Positions 20,195 through 30,771 are shown, counted from the first letter of the stretch. The stretch is DNA of 64,000 bases from Candidatus Falkowbacteria bacterium RIFCSPLOWO2_12_FULL_45_13 (GCA_001778055.1 MFFY01000061.1:515-64514); one strand, 5' to 3'. The notes: a model not told the origin generated them from the letters alone. Translations and numbers: made by a program.

Positions 20195-20785
20195 TTACGT
20201 TTTTTTGGTTAAGAGCTGCGGGTTGTGAGATCTGCTGAATTCGCAGCCGCAATAATTCTGCCGATATAAACCAAGCTGGCGCGATAGCGCGGCGGATTTC
20301 TTAAAGCCGTCTTGTTTTTTTAAATCTTGGGTGAGAAACTTAAGCTGAAAATTCGCCGCCGCGCCTTGGCCGATTTTATTGACGGCCAAAGCGTCCTTAT
20401 GCGGACTAGTAGTCAGGGTGGTAATTAAATACTCGCGGTTTAATTTTTTCGCCACGGCCGCGGCTTTATCCAACCTGAATTTATAGCAGATCAGGCAACG
20501 CTGGCCCCGTTCCGGATCGTTTTCGCGTCCGCGCACCGCTTCAAGCCATCGATTATGATCGTACGCGCCTTCAATTAATTTCAAATTAAATTGTTCAGCA
20601 ATTTTTTCCGCCTCGGCCAGCCGTTTATTATATTCCTCTTCCGGCCAAATATTAGGATTATAAAAAAACAGCATTATATCATAATCCTGTTTGAGAAGCT
20701 GACTGGCGTAAACGCCACAACCGACGCAGCAAATATGGAGCAACAGGCTAGATTTCTGGTTTAGCGGATTTAACGCTTGTCTCAT
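20195..20785 (-). CDS. queH: Epoxyqueuosine reductase QueH
   Basis: LLHICCVGC, FYNPNI, RCLIC, LYRQNYCGC. Confidence 0.92.
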   Translation of the reverse strand: MRQALNPLNQKSSLLLHICCVGCGVYASQLLKQDYDIMLFFYNPNIWPEEEYNKRLAEAEKIAEQFNLKLIEGAYDHNRWLEAVRGRENDPERGQRCLICYKFRLDKAAAVAKKLNREYLITTLTTSPHKDALAVNKIGQGAAANFQLKFLTQDLKKQDGFKKSAALSRQLGLYRQNYCGCEFSRSHNPQLLTKKT

Positions 20786-21123
20786 TTTATTTTACTTTTA
20801 ATCATAATTAACAGCATTTTAAATCGTGCAATAGCTTTAAGCGAGTGCGGTTGATCGGCCGGCATGATAATCATGTCGCCGGACGCTAATTTTTTTGTCT
20901 GGCCAGAAATTCTGATATCCGCCCGGCCATCAAATAAATATACCAAAGCGTCATAGGGCGCGGTGTGTTCGCTTAAACCCTGGCCTTGGTCGAAGGCGAA
21001 CAAAGTCACCGTGCCTAAGGGCTGATTAATTATGGTCCGGCTGACGATCGTTCCCTTCTGATAATTAATTGATTCTAATAAATTTTCTTTCTTTGACATA
21101 TTACTTTTTATCAGCTTGACCAT
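20782..21123 (-). CDS. cupin domain protein (probable start 21099)
   Basis: TLFAFDQGQGLSEHTAP, MPADQPHSL. Confidence 0.88.
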   Translation of the reverse strand: MVKLIKSNMSKKENLLESINYQKGTIVSRTIINQPLGTVTLFAFDQGQGLSEHTAPYDALVYLFDGRADIRISGQTKKLASGDMIIMPADQPHSLKAIARFKMLLIMIKSKIK

Positions 21124-22396
21124 GATTAACCTTAAAGTATTTTCTCCCCCTTAACTTCCCCGGCAGATAGTCCTGCTTTTCTTTATAATCATAATCCGGG
21201 CTGTATTTATAGTCTTGGCCGTAGCCCAGCTCCTTCATCAGCTTGGTGGGCGCGTTCCTGATAGACAAAGGTACCGGCAAATTGCCATATTCATGAACAT
21301 CAGCCGCGGCTTGTTTATAGGCTATGTATAAATCATTAGACTTTTCGCACTTGGCCATATAAACCACGGCCTGGGCTAAAATAACATTGCCTTCCGGCAG
21401 GCCGATAAAATGGCAGGCCTGATAGGCGGCCACGGCCTGCTCCAGGGCGCGCGAATTGGCCAAGCCGATATCCTCCGAGGCAAAGCGCACCAGCCGGCGG
21501 GCGATATAGAGCGGATCTTCGCCCGCCTCGGTCATGCGCGCCAGCCAATACAAGGCCGCGTCCGCGTCAGACCCGCGCATGGCCTTATGCAGAGCGGAAA
21601 TTATATTATAGTGCTCATCTCCGTCCTTATCGTATAACAAATGAGACTTTTGAAAAGCTTCTTTAATAATCTCGGCTGTTATTTCTTTACTCCCCTCTCC
21701 TTGAGTTACACCCTCTCCTTTAGAAGGAGAGGGTTGGGGTGAGGTGGCCGCGTACTCCAAAACATTCAGCGCCGCGCGCGCGTCGCCGTTGGACAGGCGC
21801 GCCAATAAATTTATGGCGGCCGCGTCTATTTTAATTTTAAATACGCCCAGTCCCCTGGCCTTGTCTGCCAACGCTCTTTTAATAATTTCTCCTATCTGCG
21901 TTTCGTCTAATTGCTTTAAAACAAACACGCGGCAGCGCGACAACAAAGCTCCGCGCACTTCAAAGCTGGGGTTTTCCGTGGTGGCGCCAATCAGAATAAT
22001 GACGCCGCGCTCCACCTGCGGCAACAGCGCGTCCTGCTGGGCTTTATTCCAACGGTGGATTTCATCAATGAATAAAATGGTTTTTTTGCCCTCAATGCTG
22101 TTTTCTTTGGCTTTTTTTATAATCAGCCTCAAATCCTTCAAACCGCTGGTAACGGCGCTAATGCGTAAAAATTCCGACTTGGTTTGCCTGGCGATGATAT
22201 GGGCCAAGGTGGTTTTGCCGCTACCCGGCGGGCCCCAAAAAATCATGGAGGGCAACTGGTCACCGGTTATGGCCTGCCTTAATAATTTTCCCGACCCGAC
22301 GATTTCATCCTGTCCTAAAAAATCTGCCAGCGTCTCTGGCCGCAGCCGATCGGCTAGGGGTGAAGTATTTAGTATATTTGGAGCCGTTGTTTCCAT
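21101..22396 (-). CDS. rarA: Replication-associated recombination ATPase RarA/MgsA
   Basis: PLADRLRP, WGPPGSGKT, FIDEIHR, ATTENPSF, ISALHKAMRGSD. Confidence 0.96.
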   Translation of the reverse strand: METTAPNILNTSPLADRLRPETLADFLGQDEIVGSGKLLRQAITGDQLPSMIFWGPPGSGKTTLAHIIARQTKSEFLRISAVTSGLKDLRLIIKKAKENSIEGKKTILFIDEIHRWNKAQQDALLPQVERGVIILIGATTENPSFEVRGALLSRCRVFVLKQLDETQIGEIIKRALADKARGLGVFKIKIDAAAINLLARLSNGDARAALNVLEYAATSPQPSPSKGEGVTQGEGSKEITAEIIKEAFQKSHLLYDKDGDEHYNIISALHKAMRGSDADAALYWLARMTEAGEDPLYIARRLVRFASEDIGLANSRALEQAVAAYQACHFIGLPEGNVILAQAVVYMAKCEKSNDLYIAYKQAAADVHEYGNLPVPLSIRNAPTKLMKELGYGQDYKYSPDYDYKEKQDYLPGKLRGRKYFKVNHGQADKK

Positions 22397-22445
22397 ATTT
22401 CGTAATATTTACCTGAAAATATATAAAATTGTAGCTTCAAAATTT

Positions 22446-23150
22446 TTACACTCCAAATCGTCTCTTTCTCTCCGCGAATTCTTTAATGATCATATCCGCG
22501 TCCAGCTCCTCAAAATCGGGCCAATATTTTTTAATAAAAAATAATTCGCTGTAAGCCGCCTGCCACATCATAAAGCCGGACAGCCTTTGCTCGCCCGAAG
22601 TGCGCACAATTATATCCGGATCGCTTAAATCCCCGTTATATAAATATTTTTTTATCATGCCTTCATGCACTTGTTCCAATTCAACTTTATTTTTCATCAT
22701 TTTGCGCACGGCGTCAACGATTTCCGCCCGACCACCGTAATTTAAGCAAAAATTTATAATACCGCGTTTGTTGGCTTGAGTTTCGGCGATTATTTCCAGG
22801 CACTTGGCCGGCAAATCTCCGGGCAGTTCTTTCAGCCGACCGCTGATTAAGACTTTATAACCCTCTTTTTTGGCCTGTTCGCGCAAACTGAACTCAACCG
22901 CGTTTAAGAGCAGCTTCATCAAATAGTTTACTTCTTCCGGCTGCCGCTGCCAATTTTCCGTGGAAAAAGCGTAAAATGATAAAATTTTAACCCCGCGGGA
23001 AAAAAACCAGTCCGACGCCAGCTTTAATTTCTCGTAGCCCTTTTGATGGCCTTCAAAAGTCGGCAGGTTTCTTTCCTTGGCCCAGCGCCGGTTGCCATCC
23101 ATAATAATGCCGACATGAACGGGTATGTCTTGTTTCTTTTTTTCAGACAT
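22446..23150 (-). CDS. uppS: Undecaprenyl diphosphate synthase
   Basis: IIMDGNRRWA, FSTENW, NYGGRAEI, RTSGEQRLS, RRFG. Confidence 0.97.
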   Translation of the reverse strand: MSEKKKQDIPVHVGIIMDGNRRWAKERNLPTFEGHQKGYEKLKLASDWFFSRGVKILSFYAFSTENWQRQPEEVNYLMKLLLNAVEFSLREQAKKEGYKVLISGRLKELPGDLPAKCLEIIAETQANKRGIINFCLNYGGRAEIVDAVRKMMKNKVELEQVHEGMIKKYLYNGDLSDPDIIVRTSGEQRLSGFMMWQAAYSELFFIKKYWPDFEELDADMIIKEFAERKRRFGV

Positions 23151-23177
23151 AAATAAAATTTCTAATTGTTCTAATTT

Positions 23178-23276
23178 CCCCGACCCGCATCGCGTTAAAT
23201 AGTCTGCTAATAATTATTCGTCTATATCTACTAAACAACTTAAATTGACAAACAAGTAAACGGCGAGCGAGGAAGG
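23178..23276. repeat. ~100-bp dispersed element, copy 1
   Basis: Reverse-complement homologue at 30772-30870 (CCCCG.CCCGC.TCGCGTTAA...AAACGGCGAGCGAGG). Confidence 0.8.
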
Positions 23277-23342
23277 TTAATTGACCTAATAAAATTCCAA
23301 TGACCAAATCCCAATGACCAATAAAATTTCAAGCCCCAAGCC

Positions 23343-23978
23343 TTAATTGATTTTTTCCAAAGATTCGGCTACGGCCGGAGAAACGAACCCTCGATAAGCC
23401 TGGCTTCTAATCCTTTTCAAGAGCCTCTCCACTTCCAGCCGAGAATAGGCGTGCATGCCGTAAACCGTACCCATTTTCATTTTATCAGGTAAAATCGGCA
23501 GGCGATAAACCCGGCCTTCGGCCTCGGGCTGACTGTGGAAGATGATGCCCCGGGCGTAACCGGAGGTATTATTCACCGAAACGCTGGCGAAGGAAAGCAC
23601 CACGAGATAATTCAGTTCTAATTCCGGTTTTTCCACCAAGGGAATGGCGGAAATAATATTGGCATTAACGAAAAGCGGATGCTGGATAATCGAATGATGG
23701 TCGGCGGTCGAAATCAAAGGCAACCGGCCAAGCTGTCCGGCCACACCCGACGCCACCTCTTCACCCAATTTGACCGTCAACAGATCCCGGATAATTTTGA
23801 TCAATTGCGGTTTTCTGCTGTCTAAAAGCGGCATTGTATTGACATCGAGAAAATCTTTGGCGTATTCGTAAAGCGCCAGGTCTTTGTGCTGAGCCATGAT
23901 TTTCCCCAAAATCGGGCGACGGCGTCAAATCGCTTCTTTAATTTCCTTAATTAGTAGTGGAACGTCGTCATTACTCAT
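23343..23978 (-). pseudogene. disrupted hypothetical gene with in-frame TGA at 23925-23927, probably also 3' truncated
   Basis: ATG at 23978 reads MSNDDVPLLIKEIKEAI*RRRPI in frame into the 188-aa ORF, which contains an STADHH motif. Confidence 0.6.
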
Positions 23979-24140
23979 AAAATATGACAATGAACTGATT
24001 ACTATTTAATGTTTTAAAACATTGAAAATTAAGTTATTGGAAACTATTTAAAAATTAAAAATTATAAAATCTAAAAATTTTTTTTAATACGCGAGCGAAG
24101 CGAGCGCGTTCCATGCGCTCAAACTGCTCAATGTTTCACT

Positions 24141-24214
24141 TGGTCGGGCCACTGGGAATTGAACCCAGTCTACACGCACCCGAAGCGTGTGTACTACCGG
24201 TATACGATGGCCCG
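24141..24214 (-). tRNA. tRNA-Pro(CGG)
   Basis: CGGGCCA/TGGCCCG acceptor, CACGC-TTCGGGT-GCGTG anticodon arm, TTCAATT T-loop, encoded CCA. Confidence 0.95.
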
Positions 24215-24285
24215 TAGAAATTTTAGATTTGCGATTTCTGATTTTAGATTTTAAAATTGCTAAATCGTAAATCGAAAATATTTTT

Positions 24286-24359
24286 TGGTGGACTCACCGG
24301 GAATCGGACCCGGACCTCGGCAATGCGAATGCCGCGTAATACCGTTTTACTATGAGCCC
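24286..24359 (-). tRNA. tRNA-Ala(CGC)
   Basis: GGGCTCA/TGAGTCC acceptor with G3:U70, CGGCA-TTCGCAT-TGCCG anticodon arm, encoded CCA; T-loop TCCGATT. Confidence 0.93.
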
Positions 24360-24401
24360 CTTTTAAATTTACGAATTACGATTTTCGATTTACGATTTAA
24401 A

Positions 24402-25139
24402 TTATTTTACCAACTCAATTCCATTAATCACCACATCCTCTATCGGCCGGTCATTCTCGCTGACTTCAACCTTTTCAACTTTCTCTACTATGTCCAATCC
24501 GGCCGTAACATAGCCGAAATTCGTGTGCTTGCCGTCCAGCCAGGGAGTGGAATCCTTGGTCACGATAAAAAATTGCGAACCGTTGGTGTTGGGGCCTGAA
24601 TTGGCCATGGCCAAACTACCTTTAACTAATTTGTGCCGGTTAATTTCGTCCTGAAATTTATAGCCTGGCCCGCCCTGGCCATCGTTTGACGGATCATCGT
24701 CTTTACTTAAAGGATCGCCGCCCTGGATCATAAAATCTTTTATCACCCGGTGGAATTTCGTCCCGTCGTAAAAGCCGGCTTGAGCTAAATTTAAAAAATT
24801 ATTAACCGTAATCGAGGCTTCCGCGGCGTAAAATTTTACCGTGATATCGCCCAGATTGGTTTTAATTATGGCGCCGCTGAACTCCGTCGCCAGATTTGCC
24901 AGTTGTTTTTGGCTAGCGCCTGCCGACTCGGCCGGTTCGGCCGGCGGTTCGGTTTTACCGGTGGGTTTTACGTTAGGCTTTAAGCCGTTTTTTATCGCGG
25001 TCATTCTATCTACTATATCCGCTTGGCTAAAATTGTCCATAGCCGGAGGCGCGCTGACCTCATCGTAGCTATACGGCTTCTCCTCGACGCAAGCGGTGGT
25101 TAGTAATAAAATAAAAATAATAAATAATAATTTTTTCAT
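24402..25139 (-). CDS. Cyclophilin-type peptidyl-prolyl isomerase, lipoprotein
   Basis: Lipobox-like LTTAC; FHRVIKDFMIQGGDP, AMANSGPNTNGSQFFI, WLDGKHT. Confidence 0.95.
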   Translation of the reverse strand: MKKLLFIIFILLLTTACVEEKPYSYDEVSAPPAMDNFSQADIVDRMTAIKNGLKPNVKPTGKTEPPAEPAESAGASQKQLANLATEFSGAIIKTNLGDITVKFYAAEASITVNNFLNLAQAGFYDGTKFHRVIKDFMIQGGDPLSKDDDPSNDGQGGPGYKFQDEINRHKLVKGSLAMANSGPNTNGSQFFIVTKDSTPWLDGKHTNFGYVTAGLDIVEKVEKVEVSENDRPIEDVVINGIELVK

Positions 25140-25171
25140 AATTTTTATTATCTGGCTTGGCCTGCCAAGCT

Positions 25172-25768
25172 CTATTTTTTAATTACCGCTTTATCCAAAA
25201 TTTTCATCGCTGCCATATAATTGTCCCTGATCAGCTGCCTCCCCGCCGGCATGATTTTTTTCCAGCTGCGCTCAAGTTTACCTTTCAGCCAGATCGCGCC
25301 TTCTCTGGTTTTTAACTTATGAATGCCATATACCAAAAACATCATATCCGCCAGCTCGGTAAAATGCGACATGGCGTCGGCCGAAGCCAAAATTTTTTCC
25401 TCCAGGCTTAGCCGCGGTCTGGACTTGCTGCCGCGATGATTTAAAATGCAGTTTTTTATTTTTACAATTTTTTCTTCAGGTAAAGCCAAACCACTTAAAA
25501 TTTTTCCGGCCATTTTGGCGCCATGACGATGATGATCAGGAATATATTTTTTATCGGTGATGGCCGCCACATCATGCAATAAGGCCGACAGTTCCAGCAC
25601 TTCCAGATCCGCTTTTAATATTTTCCCCAATTTTATGCTGTGTTCAACCACCGGCAGGATATGATACCGCCAGACGGTCTCCTGATAAAAGTTATCCGGC
25701 GAATCGCTGGCTCGTTTAACCAAAGCGGCGACCTGATTTCTTACTTTTTTATAATTATATTTTTTCAT
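25172..25768 (-). CDS. HD-domain phosphohydrolase
   Basis: H...ALLHD...HH...H...SAD pattern. Confidence 0.88.
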   Translation of the reverse strand: MKKYNYKKVRNQVAALVKRASDSPDNFYQETVWRYHILPVVEHSIKLGKILKADLEVLELSALLHDVAAITDKKYIPDHHRHGAKMAGKILSGLALPEEKIVKIKNCILNHRGSKSRPRLSLEEKILASADAMSHFTELADMMFLVYGIHKLKTREGAIWLKGKLERSWKKIMPAGRQLIRDNYMAAMKILDKAVIKK

Positions 25769-25771
25769 GAT

Positions 25772-27277
25772 TTATTTCACGTAAAATTCTTTTTTTATTT
25801 CTTCATCATCTTCCATTTTTTTCTCTTCAATTTTTTCTTTGGCTTTTTCCCGTAATTCTTTTAAATCCATTTTATTTAGCTCCAAGCTCCGCGTCTCCAA
25901 ATATTTTTGATCATTCAATTTTTGATCTTCAATCACTTCCGACAGCAAGACGTCCAAAATCGCCCCAATTTTCGGCCCAGGCGCTATACCCAACAGTTTC
26001 ATCAAATCATCGCCATTGATGGCGAGCATTTTTACCGACACCGCATCATGCCTGACCTTTTCCATCATATATTCCAGATGCCTTAACTTATACGGCTTGG
26101 CTTTGGGCACGCCCGAGCCCAGACGATCGGCGACGCGCAGGGCAATCAAATCGGCCAGATTCTCTTCGCCGACTTTTCTAACCAGGCGCCTGACCGAGCT
26201 CTCGGTCACTTCGCCCACATTATAATAAAACATATGGTTTCTGACCAAGCTGGTCACTTTTTCAATATCCTGGCCGGCAAACTTTAACCGGCGCATGATT
26301 TTTTCCGTCACCCTGGCGCCGATGATGTCATGGTTATAAAAAGTCGCCTCCTGCCCCGAACTGATCCGCTTGGTTTGCGGCTTGGCAATGTCATGCAAAA
26401 GCGAGGCCAGTTTAACCTGCCACTTTTTACTGGGAGTATGCTTCAGAGATAGCACACTATGGTTAAAAACCGTATAAATATGATGCCGATTCTGCGCCAC
26501 ACCCACGCCGCGCTCCAGTTCCGGCATCAGATATTGAAGCAATTTAAATTCATGAAGCATCATGATGCCTTCATAGGCTTTATCCGTTTCTAAAATTTTA
26601 ATAAGCTCGTCGCGCAAGCGTTCGCCGGAAATAAATTTAATACTACCGGCCATTTTAACTATGCCTCTCTCGGTTTTCGGCTCAAGCATAAATCCTAATT
26701 GGCAGGCCAGGCGCACCGCGCGCATCATGCGCAAAGCGTCCTCTTTAAACCGGTCTTCCGGCTCGCCCACGGCGCGGATTACTTTCTTTTTCAAATCCTT
26801 CGCGCCGCCAAACAAATCAATAAGCTCGTAACTCGCATCTCGTAACTCATAACTCTTTTTATCCCGCATTTGAGTTACGGGTTGTGAGTTGTGAGTTATG
26901 AGCCGCAACGCCATGGCATTAACCGTAAAATCCCTGCGGCTCAAATCTTTTTCCAGACTGTCCTCAAACCGTACCTGGTCCGGATGCCGGCGGTCGCTAT
27001 AACCTTGTTCAGAACGATAAGTTGTTACCTCGACAACGTCTTCCGCTTCTCCGTTAGCCGGCTTTACCGGCACTAAAACCGTACCAAAGTCATTTTTATA
27101 TTTGCCGTCAGGAAAAATTTCCAAAATTTTTTCCGGCCGCGCGTTGGTGGTTACGTCCCAATCTTTCGGCTGCCGTGCCATTAACAAATCACGCACGCAA
27201 CCGCCCACGATATAGGCTTCAAAACCGGCTTGCTCCAGTTTTTCCACGATATTTTTAATATAGTCGGGAGTTTGCAT
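25772..27277 (-). CDS. cca: CCA tRNA nucleotidyltransferase with HD domain (start moved to MQTP)
   Basis: VGGCVRD, DWD, RRDFTVNA, EDALRMMRA, LLHDIAKP. Confidence 0.93.
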   Translation of the reverse strand: MQTPDYIKNIVEKLEQAGFEAYIVGGCVRDLLMARQPKDWDVTTNARPEKILEIFPDGKYKNDFGTVLVPVKPANGEAEDVVEVTTYRSEQGYSDRRHPDQVRFEDSLEKDLSRRDFTVNAMALRLITHNSQPVTQMRDKKSYELRDASYELIDLFGGAKDLKKKVIRAVGEPEDRFKEDALRMMRAVRLACQLGFMLEPKTERGIVKMAGSIKFISGERLRDELIKILETDKAYEGIMMLHEFKLLQYLMPELERGVGVAQNRHHIYTVFNHSVLSLKHTPSKKWQVKLASLLHDIAKPQTKRISSGQEATFYNHDIIGARVTEKIMRRLKFAGQDIEKVTSLVRNHMFYYNVGEVTESSVRRLVRKVGEENLADLIALRVADRLGSGVPKAKPYKLRHLEYMMEKVRHDAVSVKMLAINGDDLMKLLGIAPGPKIGAILDVLLSEVIEDQKLNDQKYLETRSLELNKMDLKELREKAKEKIEEKKMEDDEEIKKEFYVK

Positions 27278-27545
27278 TATAGCAAAAACGGCACTATCAT
27301 TAGCGCCTAAAATTATTATGATTACAGCTAAAATATACAATAAAATAAATTAAAAGTCAAAAAAAATAACTTCGGATATCCGAAATTATTTTTTGTGCTA
27401 AATATCTTAAATTTTTTTAAATTTGGCGAAGAGCAATAATATAGTATAAATTAACGTTTCTCTCGGGAAATTTATATTGACCAGGCAGGTTTTCCATATT
27501 ATTAATTTTATAAAAATATTCTTCTTACTTCTGACTTCTTACTTA

Positions 27546-29501
27546 CTAACTTCTCTTTTTGTAGGTGGTATATAAAACGGTTTTTTCCAATTTCCCCTGC
27601 TTTTTTAGCCAACTTAAAGCCCCGATTGCTTCGTCGTTCTCGTGCGCTCTTCTTATTTTGCTAGCGCCGTCAATTTTATACAAAGCGGCCAATCTTTTTT
27701 TTCTTATTTCGGCCGTGGTGGGAATCGGCTGGCCGCCACCGCCGATACAACCGTCCGGGCAGGCCATAACTTCAATATAATCAAAATCTTTTAATTTATC
27801 TAAGATCGGTTGAATACTGCCAATGCCGTTTACCACCGCCACTCTGACTTTTTTTCCGCCCATCTCCAAATTTGCCGTTTTTACTCCTTCCTGACCGCGG
27901 ACATCTTTAAATTCAACTCTCTGGATCTCGGAATCGCCAAACCTGATTTTAGCTTCTAGGCCCAAATCACGACATACCCGGTCTTGGGCCGTGGCCATCA
28001 AATAAGCGGCGGTCCTCAGGGCTGATTCCATTACGCCTCCCGTGGCGCCGTAGATCGCGCCGGCTCCGCTCGCCGTCCCAAGTGGATTATCCGCCCGTTC
28101 CGCTTTCAAACTTTTAAAATCTATCTTATTTTTCTTGATCAACCAGGCTAATTCGCGGGTAGTTAGGCAATAATCAATCGGCCAATCGCCTCTGATCTTA
28201 AGTTCTTTGCGGCTAGACTCAAACTTCTTGGCCGTACAAGGCATGATTGACACGACCACGATGTTCTTTGGCTTGATTTTTCGGCCCGAGGCCGATCCGC
28301 CTTGGGCGGACATTTTCTCGGCCCAATAAGTTTTAATAATGCCGGCGCTATGCATCTGCGGACTGCGCGCCGTGGTCATGTTAGGAATTAAGTCGGGACG
28401 GAAAAATTCCACATATTTTATCCAGGCCGGGCAACAGGAGGTAAACATGGGCAAATTAGAAATTGGCGTGACCTTACCAAATTTCAAATTTCTAATTTCT
28501 AGTTTCTTGTCTTCATGGTTTAATAACCTCTCTCTTATTTTTAATCTCTCAATTAACTCTTCCGCCTCAACAATGGTGGTAACGTCGGCGCCGAAATTAA
28601 CGTCGAAAACGTAGGCGAAACCCAATTTTTTCAAAGCCGCCACCACCTGGCCGGTCATGACCCTTCCGGTTTCAACGCCAAATTCTTCGCCAATGCTGAC
28701 CCTAATAGAAGGGGCTATCTGAGCGACCAATACCTCGGACTTGTTTTTAAGCGCTTTCTCCACGAGGTGCCAATCGGCCTGCTCCTGCGCCGCCCCGACC
28801 GGACAATGCAAGGCGCACTGGCCGCAATAGATGCAATCGACCTTTCTCCTGTCCGCTTTGGCGAAAGCGAAAACGCCCTTTTCCGTTACCGGTACAATTT
28901 CCTGAGCCACGCCCTTACCCCTTAGTTCCAGATAATTTATTTTCTGCAAATCATTGCAGGCCTCCAGGCAATTCCGGCAATCAATGCATTGGCTAGAGTC
29001 AATTTCCACGGCATTGGCGAATTTATATGTTTGCCTCTTGCCTTTACGATCTTTAAATCTGCAAATTTCAATTTTATACCTTTCGGCCAATTCCAGCAGC
29101 TTGCAGTTAACCCGCCAAATGCAAGTCGGGCATTTTTCAATATGCTCGGCGAATATCAATTCAATATTTAAATTGCGCGAACGTTTGACTCTGGTCGTAT
29201 CGGTTTTTATTTCCATGCCGGCTTTGACTTTTGTATCGCATGCCGTCACCAGCCTGGCCTGCGCCGACTTCGGCGCCTTCATCCCGAAGTCAGGCCGAAG
29301 AGAGCTCGGTTGAACCGAGTCCGCCGAATACGCCACCTCTACCACGCAAATCCGGCAATTGGCTTTAACCGAAAAATCAGGATGATAACAGAGATTAGGC
29401 AACATCATGCCGTTATCTTGAGCCACCCGCATGATAGTCGCGCCTTCATCGCAGATGATTTCTTTGCCGTCTAAATATATTTTAACTTTTTTATCAGTCA
29501 T
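27546..29501 (-). CDS. hydA: [FeFe]-hydrogenase catalytic subunit (group A, with N-terminal 2Fe2S, His-ligated 4Fe4S and 2x4Fe4S domains)
   Basis: H-cluster motifs FTSCCPAW, MPCTAKKFE, EVMACPDGCIGGGGQP; HxxxCxxCxxxxxC; two CxxCxxCxxxC. Confidence 0.95.
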   Translation of the reverse strand: MTDKKVKIYLDGKEIICDEGATIMRVAQDNGMMLPNLCYHPDFSVKANCRICVVEVAYSADSVQPSSLRPDFGMKAPKSAQARLVTACDTKVKAGMEIKTDTTRVKRSRNLNIELIFAEHIEKCPTCIWRVNCKLLELAERYKIEICRFKDRKGKRQTYKFANAVEIDSSQCIDCRNCLEACNDLQKINYLELRGKGVAQEIVPVTEKGVFAFAKADRRKVDCIYCGQCALHCPVGAAQEQADWHLVEKALKNKSEVLVAQIAPSIRVSIGEEFGVETGRVMTGQVVAALKKLGFAYVFDVNFGADVTTIVEAEELIERLKIRERLLNHEDKKLEIRNLKFGKVTPISNLPMFTSCCPAWIKYVEFFRPDLIPNMTTARSPQMHSAGIIKTYWAEKMSAQGGSASGRKIKPKNIVVVSIMPCTAKKFESSRKELKIRGDWPIDYCLTTRELAWLIKKNKIDFKSLKAERADNPLGTASGAGAIYGATGGVMESALRTAAYLMATAQDRVCRDLGLEAKIRFGDSEIQRVEFKDVRGQEGVKTANLEMGGKKVRVAVVNGIGSIQPILDKLKDFDYIEVMACPDGCIGGGGQPIPTTAEIRKKRLAALYKIDGASKIRRAHENDEAIGALSWLKKQGKLEKTVLYTTYKKRS

Positions 29502-29588
29502 AATCAGTCATGTTTTTGCAAATTCATAATTGCCTAACAAATCAACGAATTAACTACGAATATCACGAATAATATAATTGAAAAATAA

Positions 29589-30668
29589 TTATTTTAGTAT
29601 TTGTATATTCGTTGTAAAATTCGTTGATTCGTTAGCCTGGTTGATTTGTGGGTAGACATTCTTTAAAAAGCTTCTGATCGGCACAGGCACCGAGCAGCCC
29701 AGGGCGCAAACCGAAGTATCGGCCAGATTGTCCAATAAATTATTAAACAAGACCCAGTCGGTTTTTCCCGCCAGAAAAACCTCGCCCAATCTAAAAGTTC
29801 CTTCGCGGCAGGGCGCGCATTGCCCGCAAGATTCGCTCATAAAAAAATTAAGCCAAGACTTAATGATTTTTTTATAATTATTCTTTGTGATGCTGTAAAT
29901 AGTGATGGAACCCGCGCCCTGAACCGATCTTTTTAACTGTCGGCTATTTAAAACTTCGCCGGCCGCGCCGCCGCCACATTGGACAAAAAAAGGAAATTTA
30001 GGATAATTTTTTGTCGCTTTTAATATTTTCTCAATGCTAAAACTTTCCGGCAAATCATAAACTCCCTCCCGCGGGCAATCGCCGGTCAGGCTGTAAAATC
30101 TTTTATTTTCATATCGATTGGCTTCAACCAGGCTGACATTATAAAAAGTTTCAACGTTATTCACTAAGGTGGGGCAGCCCCACAGGCCGGCGGTGGTGGG
30201 AAACGGCGGTTTTAACCTAGGCTCGACCCTTCGACCTTCAATGGCGTTTAAAATCGCGCTTTCCTCGCCGCCGATATAACCGGCGTTCGGCGGCTTAACG
30301 AAGATTTCAATAACAGAAGATTTCAACAGAACGGTTAATTTTTTTTTCAATTTTTTATTATAACCGTAGTTTAAAAATAAATAACCTTTTACAACTCCCT
30401 TGTCCGCCGAGGCTTTAGCGTAGGCGGATAAAAAATCAACGGCGATTTTCATGCCGTTAATCACCTGATCCGCGTGATGCTCTAAAATATAATCATCTTT
30501 GATCACGCCCGGTTCGCCTTCAGCCGCGTTACAGACCACATAGCATTTTTTTTCGCCTGCTTTATCCGCCAGAGCCTGAGCGACGGCAGACCACTTTTTC
30601 GCCACCGGAAAGCAGGCGCCACCGCGCCCGACCAGACCGGCTAGTTTTATTTTTTCCAGGATATCCAT
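29589..30668 (-). CDS. NuoF/HydB-like flavin and 4Fe-4S subunit, short form
   Basis: GLVGRGGACFP, CNAAEGEPG, YIGGEESA, PTLVNNVET, ESCGQCAPCREG. Confidence 0.92.
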   Translation of the reverse strand: MDILEKIKLAGLVGRGGACFPVAKKWSAVAQALADKAGEKKCYVVCNAAEGEPGVIKDDYILEHHADQVINGMKIAVDFLSAYAKASADKGVVKGYLFLNYGYNKKLKKKLTVLLKSSVIEIFVKPPNAGYIGGEESAILNAIEGRRVEPRLKPPFPTTAGLWGCPTLVNNVETFYNVSLVEANRYENKRFYSLTGDCPREGVYDLPESFSIEKILKATKNYPKFPFFVQCGGGAAGEVLNSRQLKRSVQGAGSITIYSITKNNYKKIIKSWLNFFMSESCGQCAPCREGTFRLGEVFLAGKTDWVLFNNLLDNLADTSVCALGCSVPVPIRSFLKNVYPQINQANESTNFTTNIQILK

Positions 30669-30771
30669 GACAAAAAATTTAAAGTTGAAAAATCAAAATG
30701 AAAAATGACCATGTAAAATTTAAAATTATTAATTCAGACATTTTTCATTTTAAATTGTCATTTTACAATTT

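Noticed and set aside
21744-22544. 266-aa plus-strand ORF and other antisense ORFs over housekeeping genes
   Set aside because: Shadow frames of well-conserved genes on the opposite strand
23925-23927. In-frame TGA as evidence of UGA recoding (code 25 or selenocysteine)
   Set aside because: gyrB and parB end at TGA at their expected C-termini, and long genes have no internal TGA; a nonsense mutation is simpler
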